A DNA stretch of 14,683 bases from a bacterium. Lineage in GTDB: Bacteria; SZUA-182; DTGQ01; JAFGSM01. Both the position numbers and the translations under genes were made by a program. The stretch covers positions 1-14,683 of the forward strand of contig JBLIRO010000105.1 in NCBI GenBank assembly GCA_049472335.1. Reading direction: 5' to 3'. The notes under the pieces are model-generated. The model was not told where the DNA came from. It was given only the letters and a program-made list of their open reading frames with translations, and ran no database searches. Shown one piece after another: positions 8,121-14,683 of the stretch. Numbering within the stretch: position 1 is the first letter of the stretch; each line of letters opens with the position of its first letter.

Positions 8121-8651
8121 ATGAAAACAAGAAATTGTAAATTAAGTCTATTAGTAATTTTTTTGGCTCTATGTTTTATAATTTATGCAGGTAATTGTTA
8201 TACTCAAGTATCTGATTTTATGGGTCCATCTTATAATATATTGGATCAATTGGATATTGGGTATCCATATGGCATTGGATATTTATCTTTGCTGCCATTT
8301 AGTTATTCATGGGATTGGCCATTTTATTTATGGAGACCACAAGCAGGTAAGACTGCATTGGAGTTGCTTTTAGACACAGTGCCAAACCTTAACATTACCT
8401 ATGAGAGCTTTTATGGCGTTGAATATAAACCTTATAGGTTAGATTTGGAATTCGATCACAATATATTCGATTACAGGATATTGCAGGATCCAATGGGGAG
8501 CAACTTGAATGTTTATCAAAATCCGGAAATTTATGCCCTTCCGTTATCTCAGATACACAAACTTTATTATTTCACACAAGACTTTCCCGTGCAACCTATA
8601 ATGCCGGATATTTGGGTAGGTTATGGTGCTGGTATGAGTTTGAGTTACTAG
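8121..8651 (+). CDS. Secreted Tyr/Gly/Trp-rich hypothetical protein, paralogue 1
   Basis: Signal peptide MKTRNCKLSLLVIFLALCFIIYAGNCYTQ and conserved C-terminal block NLNVYQNPEIYALPLSQ...QPIMPDIWVGYG. RBS GAGGGGAG lies before ATG 8121. Confidence 0.8.
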   Translation: MKTRNCKLSLLVIFLALCFIIYAGNCYTQVSDFMGPSYNILDQLDIGYPYGIGYLSLLPFSYSWDWPFYLWRPQAGKTALELLLDTVPNLNITYESFYGVEYKPYRLDLEFDHNIFDYRILQDPMGSNLNVYQNPEIYALPLSQIHKLYYFTQDFPVQPIMPDIWVGYGAGMSLSY

Positions 8652-8995
8652 TGAGGTGGATGCCAGTAGTAAGAGATGTTAAAAATTTTTCTGGTTACGC
8701 AGGTGGTATGAGTATGAGCAATTATGGAGAATTAAATTTATAGGATGCTGTATCGTTTTTATGGCAGATGGTTTGGCTGGCGGCTGTTTTTATTCCTATT
8801 CTAAATCTTTTTGATGCTCTTTTCCTCTTCCTGAGAGATTCGTTTTGCTATAAAACAGGATTCGGATGCACTTATCCATCTATGCATTGTGTGATTACTC
8901 CATAAAAAAACCAAGAATAAAGGGGGTGATGCAAATAAAACAAGAAATATTTTGCCGGGTTTTTAATGAATCCATTAATAGAGTGGAGGGAAGAT

Positions 8996-9526
8996 ATGAA
9001 AAGAATGGATTGGAAATTTAGTATATTGGCAATTTTTTTTGCTGTTTGTTTTTCAATTTATGCTGGTAATGGTTATCCTCAAGAATTATCGACAAATCGA
9101 GCTCAAGCATTTTATAATTCAATTCGAGCACCCATTGATTCTTATCTAGGATACACATACCATCTAGAATACCAATCCTTATGGTTTGATAGGTGGGAAT
9201 ATTTTTATGGTTACTGGCGACCATCAGGAATAACCACATTTGAATATTTTCAAGATAAGTTTCCAGGTCTTACCTATGATAAATTTTATAATATGGTTGA
9301 TATTCCTGGAATTGACTATGGCTACGGTTATTTCAATTTTACGATGCCGATAGAAAACAGCTTAAATGTTTATCAAAGACCTGATATCTATGCTCTTCCA
9401 TTATCTCAGATACACAAACTTTATTATTTCACAAGAGACTTTCCCGTGCAACCTATAATGCCGGATATTTGGGTTGGTTTTGGTGGTAGTATGAATATGA
9501 GTAACTACGGAGGTGGATACCTGTAG
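8996..9526 (+). CDS. Secreted Tyr/Gly/Trp-rich hypothetical protein, paralogue 2
   Basis: Signal peptide ending IYAGNGYPQ and the same C-terminal block. RBS GGAGG lies before ATG 8996. Confidence 0.8.
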   Translation: MKRMDWKFSILAIFFAVCFSIYAGNGYPQELSTNRAQAFYNSIRAPIDSYLGYTYHLEYQSLWFDRWEYFYGYWRPSGITTFEYFQDKFPGLTYDKFYNMVDIPGIDYGYGYFNFTMPIENSLNVYQRPDIYALPLSQIHKLYYFTRDFPVQPIMPDIWVGFGGSMNMSNYGGGYL

Positions 9527-10092
9527 TAAGTTGTTATAGGGGACGGTGTTAGTTTATTAGTTTAAATTCACTCCCATTTGCACACTACCAACATTAATAA
9601 ACGGTATCTTTCAAACATAAATATAAGCTGTTTATAAATTTTGCAACAATCATTATCATCTATTAATAATTCCTGTATAGCAATTGGTATGTAAGAATTT
9701 TGGCTTTTCTCGCTTAAGATTGACAGAATTAAGTTGAAGGAGTTATATAATTTAAATGTCAGATGTAACTTCCAAACCTTGATAATACTGTTGATTTAAA
9801 TCAAATCTGTTACTTATTTTTTTATAATAGCTTAAAGAAAATTCCCTTAAGGGAAAAAAGAATACTCTTTACGTCTATTACAATATAAGACAATTTCAAA
9901 ATCTGTTTGATTTTCTTTTGCTATTCCTGAGAGATTTGTTTTGGTCTAAAGCAAGATTAAGATGCACTTATCCATGAATGCATTGGATGATTACTCTATA
10001 AGAAAACCAAGAAATAAAGGGGGTGATGCCAATAAAACAGGAAACATCTTGGCAGGTTTTTAATGAATCCATCAATAGACGGGAGAAAAGCT

Positions 10093-10632
10093 ATGAAAAC
10101 AAGAAATCGTAAATTAAGTTTATTAGTAATTTTTTTGACTTTATGTTTTATAATTTATGCAGGTAATTGTTATTCTCAAGTATCTAGTTTTCTAGATACA
10201 AATTATTCATGGAATCAATGGGATATTGGGTATCCATTTGGCATTGGATATTCATCCCTGCAATCACTTAATTATTTATCGGGATTTCCATTTTATTATT
10301 GGATACAACCAGGAGGTAAGGCTACACTGGACTTGCTTTTAGCCACAGTGCCCAACCTTAACATTACATATGAGGCCTTTTATGGTGTTGAGCATAAATC
10401 AACTATGGTAGCTTTGGACTTCGAATACAATTACAATAGATTTCCGAGTCCATTTTTGGACAACTTGAATGTTTATCAAAATCCGGATATTTATGCCCTT
10501 CCTTTGTCTCAGAGACACACACTTTATAATTTCACACAAAACTTTCAATTTCAACCAATAATGCCGGATATTTGGGTGGGTTACGGCGCTAGTTATGGTG
10601 GTATGGGAATGTCAGGTATGCCGGTGATATAA
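10093..10632 (+). CDS. Secreted Tyr/Gly/Trp-rich hypothetical protein, paralogue 3
   Basis: Signal peptide MKTRNRKLSLLVIFLTLCFIIYAGNCYSQ and the same C-terminal block. RBS GGGAG lies before ATG 10093. Confidence 0.8.
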   Translation: MKTRNRKLSLLVIFLTLCFIIYAGNCYSQVSSFLDTNYSWNQWDIGYPFGIGYSSLQSLNYLSGFPFYYWIQPGGKATLDLLLATVPNLNITYEAFYGVEHKSTMVALDFEYNYNRFPSPFLDNLNVYQNPDIYALPLSQRHTLYNFTQNFQFQPIMPDIWVGYGASYGGMGMSGMPVI

Positions 10633-10738
10633 GCGATCTGGCAGATGGTTTGGCAGGCAGCTGTTTCTATACCTCTATAGGCCAAATCGAATTTTTCATT
10701 CGAAGTTTTTTTTCAAAGATGCCGATATAATATTTATG

Positions 10739-10774
10739 GGCCTATGAAAGCTTAACAGCTTTCGTAGGCCTTTT
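10739..10774 (+). terminator. Rho-independent terminator after paralogue 3
   Basis: GGCCTATGAAAGCT-taac-AGCTTTCGTAGGCC followed by TTTT. Confidence 0.8.
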
Positions 10775-10881
10775 GGTTTTATTCACGGATGTTTTTGTTT
10801 ATATGAATGATCATAATGTAATAAGCATTTAACATTATTTTCCAGGATTGGATTCAGGCTTGAGAAATAATATATTAGAAC

Positions 10882-10914
10882 AAAAAAGAGGTTAGAAATT
10901 TTATCTAACCCCTC
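10882..10914 (-). terminator. Terminator downstream of the tRNA-Asp 3' fragment
   Basis: Hairpin GAGGTTAGA/TCTAACCCCTC with a T6 tract on the minus strand (A6 at 10882-10887). Confidence 0.65.
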
Positions 10915-10923
10915 GATGTAAAA

Positions 10924-10972
10924 TGACGGGGTTGACGAGACTTGAACTCGCGACCTCTGGCTTGACAGGCCA
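10924..10972 (-). tRNA. 3' fragment of tRNA-Asp(GTC), an att-site remnant rather than a full tRNA
   Basis: The minus strand reads TGGC-CTGTCAA-GCCA GAGGTC GCGAG-TTCAAGT-CTCGT CAACCCC G TCA. The anticodon arm, T arm and 3' acceptor strand are present; the D arm and 5' acceptor strand are absent. Confidence 0.88.
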
Positions 10973-11099
10973 AAAGGATAGTATTTTTGTTCACTTACCT
11001 TTACGTTTTCTCACTTACTGAAATCAATTGTCTACAAAGATTTTAGCACTTTTCATATTTTTCTTGACTTACTCAAAATTACCTGATAATTTATAATAG

Positions 11100-11214
11100 A
11101 GGTTGGAAATAGGGTTGGAAAAATATTAAGGTTGGATTCACAAAAAAAATTAAAATTTTTGGATTTTTTCACTAAAAAAATTTAACCCAAGGGAATTGAA
11201 CAGGGTTGGAAAAA
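11100..11214 (+). repeat. Four direct repeats of GGTTGGA(AA), putative integrase arm-type sites
   Basis: Copies at 11100-11109, 11111-11123, 11128-11137 and 11202-11214. AGGGTTGGAAAAA occurs twice exactly. Confidence 0.65.
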
Positions 11215-11224
11215 GGAGAACGCC

Positions 11225-12424
11225 ATGTCAAAGAGAAATGAAACATCATATCCAGGTGTATTTTATAGGGAGGCTCAGAGATTGGGGGGTAGGGGAACAG
11301 AAAAGGTTTATTATATTGTCTTTAAAAAATCTGGGAAGGTATATGAAGAAAAAGTCGGGCGCCAATTTGCCGATAACATGACGCCCGCAAGGGCGGCGGG
11401 GATTAGAGCAGAGCGGATTGAGGGGAAAAGGAAATCCCCGAAAGAGATAAGAGTGGAGGAAGAGGCAAAAAAACAAGCTGCAAAAGGGAGATATACACTT
11501 AATAGGTTATGGGAAGAATATGTTATTAATACCCCTGAATTAAGAGGCGGGAAAATAGACAAAGGGCGTTTTTTAAAATATATAAAACCCATGTTTGGGG
11601 ATAAAGAACCCCAGGAGCTTAGTCCTTTTGAAATGGATAGATTTAGAGTAATGCTTTTAAAGGGAAAATGGAAGAATCCTGAAAACAATAAAATAGAACC
11701 TTCTAAAAGTCCAGAGACTGTAAAGCATATTTTAGAACTTCTACGGCGCATTGTTAATTATGGGGTGAAAAAACGATTATGCCAGGGCCTTAATTTCAAA
11801 ATAGAAATGCCGCGGGTTGACAATTGCAAAACCGAGGACTTGACACCGGAGCAATTATCAAATTTACTAAAGGCCATTGAAGAGGACCCGAACCAGGCAG
11901 CAGGTAATATGATGCTCATGGCCCTGTATTCAGGCATGAGACGGGGGGAGATGTTTAACCTTAAATGGGAAGATATCGACTTTGAGCGGGGCTTTATCCA
12001 TATTAGGGACCCCAAGGGAGGACGTGACCAAACAATACCCCTTAATGATGCTACAAGGGAGTTGTTACAGAATCATCCACGGACAGCCGGCCCTTATGTT
12101 TTCCCTGGCCGTGGTGGAGCGAAAAGAACCGATATCAGACATCAGGTTAACCGGATAAAAGAGCGGGCAGGTCTGCCAAAGGACTTTAGGGCTCTGCATG
12201 GTTTGCGGCACACGTATGCCTCTATGCTTGCATCGAGCGGCCAAGTTGATATGTATACCCTGCAGAAGTTGCTGACCCATAAATCCCCACTTATGACACA
12301 GCGATATGCACATTTAAGAGATGAGGCATTAAGAAAGGCATCAAATCTGGCAGGGGATTTAATAGAGCAGGCTTTAAAAACAGATAACAAAGAATTAAAA
12401 ATAATAAATGCCCATAAGGAGTGA
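11225..12424 (+). CDS. Tyrosine recombinase / phage-type integrase
   Basis: All catalytic residues are present: R (SGMRRGE), K (PKGG), HxxR (HGLRH), H (LLTH) and Y (RYAH). There is an N-terminal arm-binding-like domain and RBS AAGGAG. Confidence 0.95.
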   Translation: MSKRNETSYPGVFYREAQRLGGRGTEKVYYIVFKKSGKVYEEKVGRQFADNMTPARAAGIRAERIEGKRKSPKEIRVEEEAKKQAAKGRYTLNRLWEEYVINTPELRGGKIDKGRFLKYIKPMFGDKEPQELSPFEMDRFRVMLLKGKWKNPENNKIEPSKSPETVKHILELLRRIVNYGVKKRLCQGLNFKIEMPRVDNCKTEDLTPEQLSNLLKAIEEDPNQAAGNMMLMALYSGMRRGEMFNLKWEDIDFERGFIHIRDPKGGRDQTIPLNDATRELLQNHPRTAGPYVFPGRGGAKRTDIRHQVNRIKERAGLPKDFRALHGLRHTYASMLASSGQVDMYTLQKLLTHKSPLMTQRYAHLRDEALRKASNLAGDLIEQALKTDNKELKIINAHKE

Positions 12425-12562
12425 AAAAGCATCCTTAATGGGTTAACCTCCCCCCACATTTTAACACATGAGGGCAGGAAATCGTCTCATGGCTATAGAG
12501 GGCCTTTTTGAAATTGGGGGTCAGAATTAGAAAAGAATAATTTTGAAATCCATATCAATACA

Positions 12563-12590
12563 AAAGGCGGAGTCAAAAAATCCCTCCTTT
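12563..12590 (-). terminator. Hairpin terminator after the PEP-CTERM remnant
   Basis: The minus strand reads AAGGAGGGA-ttttttgac-TCCGCCTTTT, an imperfect stem with a T tract. Confidence 0.45.
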
Positions 12591-12770
12591 ATTATTTTTT
12601 TCGATTGCCTTCTAAATCCTACAATGCCTATCAATAAAGAGACAAGAAGCAAGATGGTAGAAGGTTTTGGAATGGGAGTCGTATCAAATTAAATGATGAA
12701 ACCATAAGCTGGATTATGTCTATCAGCGTCATTCCATTATCCAGGCACCGACGCGGCTCTTTCTCCATAT
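12590..12770 (-). pseudogene. Decayed 3' remnant of a C-type-lectin-like PEP-CTERM protein
   Basis: One minus-strand frame reads YGERAASVPG*WNDADRHNPAYGFII*FDTTPIPKPSTILLLVSLLIGIVGFRRQSKK. This shows the WND...GFII(E)FD lectin end and a PEP-CTERM-like signal (PKP), with two in-frame TAA stops. Confidence 0.7.
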
Positions 12771-13193
12771 CATCAAATTGCAATGCGGCATTGTGATCCC
12801 CTGAGGGTGCTAGCCAGATATATTATTTAATAAATCCTTGAAAATGATTCTGCTTCCAGGGGATTTTTGTTTTACTAAAAAGGGAAAAGGTCCAGGGAGA
12901 TATATTGATCAACTACTCTCTCCACTTTGAATAAGATATTCCTTATCTATTCAAATATTACCAGCCAATTTTCTATTACAATTATGGCATTGGAAAGTTT
13001 CTGTATACCATTACACTATGTCATTAACTATTTACATGGACAGATGTTTCCAATAACTATATAAATAGTTTCATATACCCTGATAATAAAAAATCTATTT
13101 TATAATGCTTCTTTATCTTTAACTCATTTTAAGTTTCGAAATCAAAAAAATATCGGTTTTTTCAATCGATCACATTTTTTGTGTGCTTAAATA

Positions 13194-13222
13194 TTGACAA
13201 GCTTATCTTTCAGGTATATATA
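13194..13222 (+). promoter_or_regulatory. Putative sigma70 promoter
   Basis: TTGACA-N17-TATATA, ~230 bp upstream of the beta-helix gene. Confidence 0.4.
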
Positions 13223-13449
13223 TTGTTTAAAAAGTGGATACCCAATGTTCCTTTTTCTGTCTAAGACCATATAATCAAGTTGATTTAAAGCCGACTTGAT
13301 AAACATCACTGATTCTTTAAATCAATTCTTGTTCAACCTATTCTTGTGACTAGCGGACTCTAACTTATTCATGGTTTAAATTTTTAATATCATTTTTGGT
13401 TATACTGGGATACTTTCTCATTAAATAACTATTAATCAAGGAGGAAGCC

Positions 13450-14683
13450 ATGAAAAAAGGATCAGTAGTATTAAATTTCTTCTTCTGCCTAATAATGATA
13501 AGCCTGTTGGTATACTATATCCCTTATTGTATAGCAGCAGAGATACATGTACATCCTGGAGAAAGTATACAGGCAGCAATTAATTCAGCTTCAGATGCAA
13601 ATGACATAGTGATTGTTTATGATGGAACATATACTGGCCCTGGTAACGTAAATATAGATTTTGGCGGCAAGGCAATCACCGTTAAATCGAAAAATGGTCC
13701 TGCAAATTGTATAATTGATTGTGGAAATGTAAATGAGAACCGTGGATTCTATTTCCGTAGTGGGGAAACCTCTTCTTCGGTATTAGATGGATTCACTATC
13801 AGAAATGGTAAGTTTGAATATCCAGACAACCCAGTTGGTTTTGGTGGGGGCATTCTATGTACTAATTCATCTCCGACTATAATGAATAATATCATCGAGG
13901 AAAATACGGCTGATCATGGAGGTGGAATTAATTGCCACCAATCTTCACCTACTATTTCCGAGTGTATCATTAAAAACAACTCTGTTACTATATCTGGTGG
14001 AGGATTCCTTCTCTATTATTCTTCACCAACAATAATTAATTGTACCATCAGTAACAATATCGCTGGTAAGCTTGGTGGTGGGATTCGTTTATACAATTCC
14101 AATCCTTTGATTAAAAATTGCAGCTTCAACAGCAACAAGGCTATGGGAGATGGAGATTATTATTCTGGAGGCGGCGGGATTTTCTGCGATGTTTCATCAC
14201 CTGATATCGTCAATTGCATTTTCAGCAACAATATAGCAACTAATCGAGGAGGCGGAGGAATTAAGTGTTGGGACCGATCCTCACCAACAATCACTAATTG
14301 TACTATAGGTGAGAATAGAGCTGGATTCAACGGTGGAGGAATTTTTTGTGACGGGCAATCTTCACCAATGGTAATCAATAGCATCCTCTGGGGAGATACA
14401 GCCGGAGGTGGCCTTAATGAAATTGATCTTAGTATTAATAGTTCCATTACAATATCTTACTCTGATGTTCAAGGCGGACAGGGGGGAGAAGGTAACATTG
14501 ATGCCAATCCATTATTTATTAATCCTAATTTAGGTAATTACAAACTGCAATCTGGCTCACCCTGTATTGATGTAGGTACAAGCAATGGAGCACCTTCAGA
14601 AGATAAAGATGGGAACTTAAGAGATAACAATCCAGATATAGGAGCTTATGAATTCATATTACCAAGTATAGCAGTAGAACCTA
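13450..14683 (+). CDS. 3'-partial secreted right-handed parallel beta-helix (pectin-lyase-fold) protein with choice-of-anchor-Q-like segment
   Basis: Missing from the ORF track because it runs off the window. RBS AAGGAGG, signal peptide MKKGSVVLNFFFCLIMISLLVYYIPYCIAA, then SIQAAIN...DGTYTGPGNVNIDFGGKAITVKS. Repeated GGGI.C..SSPTI.NC...N units follow, and it ends GNIDANPLF...LQSGSPCIDVG...DIGAYE. Confidence 0.92.
   Translation, partial: MKKGSVVLNFFFCLIMISLLVYYIPYCIAAEIHVHPGESIQAAINSASDANDIVIVYDGTYTGPGNVNIDFGGKAITVKSKNGPANCIIDCGNVNENRGFYFRSGETSSSVLDGFTIRNGKFEYPDNPVGFGGGILCTNSSPTIMNNIIEENTADHGGGINCHQSSPTISECIIKNNSVTISGGGFLLYYSSPTIINCTISNNIAGKLGGGIRLYNSNPLIKNCSFNSNKAMGDGDYYSGGGGIFCDVSSPDIVNCIFSNNIATNRGGGGIKCWDRSSPTITNCTIGENRAGFNGGGIFCDGQSSPMVINSILWGDTAGGGLNEIDLSINSSITISYSDVQGGQGGEGNIDANPLFINPNLGNYKLQSGSPCIDVGTSNGAPSEDKDGNLRDNNPDIGAYEFILPSIAVEP

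Larger units (their letters stand above)
10924..14683. mobile_element. Left end of an integrative element / genomic island inserted at tRNA-Asp
   Basis: A truncated tRNA 3' end lies ~250 bp from a tyrosine integrase, with repeated arm-type-like sites between them. The orientation puts the element to the right. Confidence 0.75.

Noticed and set aside
8762..8778. Sigma54 promoter TGGCAGATGGTTTGGC (also ~10639)
   Set aside because: GG-to-GC spacing is 11 rather than the strict 10; it is more likely decayed coding sequence.
8649..9529. TAG stop-codon recoding in the paralogue tails
   Set aside because: TAG is directly followed by TGA or TAA, and no long gene in the window needs readthrough.
8121..10632. 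Diversity-generating retroelement (TR/VR) explanation for the paralogue variability
   Set aside because: No reverse transcriptase in the window, differences are not adenine-specific, and all three copies are full genes with their own leaders.
7536..10680. CRISPR array or integron cassette array
   Set aside because: The repeats are kb-scale duplications rather than short regular repeats. I see no attC R''/R' boxes, and the integrase sits at a tRNA att site and does not look like IntI.
10924..10972. Functional tRNA-Asp
   Set aside because: The D arm and 5' acceptor strand are missing, so it is best explained as an att remnant.
11196..14447. Small ORFs overlapping the integrase and the 14160..14447 minus-strand ORF
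   Set aside because: Shadow ORFs. The PPP runs in 14160..14447 are just the antisense of GGG repeats in the beta-helix gene.

Overview
The window has three parts. (1) About 1-570 is a GC-rich fragment: a 5'-truncated membrane protein with a C-terminal CxxCGYDLTGN..CPECG zinc ribbon, plus REP-like inverted repeats. It joins abruptly to AT-rich DNA, which suggests a chimeric or HGT junction. (2) About 570-10920 is AT-rich chromosome. It carries a Cys-rich gene remnant coupled to a radical SAM/SPASM gene, a ZraS/ZraR-like sensor kinase and sigma54 response regulator (minus strand), a DUF362/4Fe-4S gene, a PAS_10 gene, a small MITE-like element, and three tandem paralogues encoding secreted Tyr/Gly/Trp-rich proteins with duplicated leaders. 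(3) From about 10924 to the end is an integrative element bounded by a 3' tRNA-Asp(GTC) fragment (att site). It carries a tyrosine integrase, a decayed C-type-lectin/PEP-CTERM remnant and a large secreted beta-helix protein that runs off the window. The most notable unexplained structure is a complete sigma54 promoter architecture (enhancer palindrome, IHF-like site, -24/-12 box) driving a ~160-nt terminated transcript with no convincing ORF and three Shine-Dalgarno-like motifs. One of these motifs recurs in all three paralogue leaders. All calls were made by eye, without database searches.
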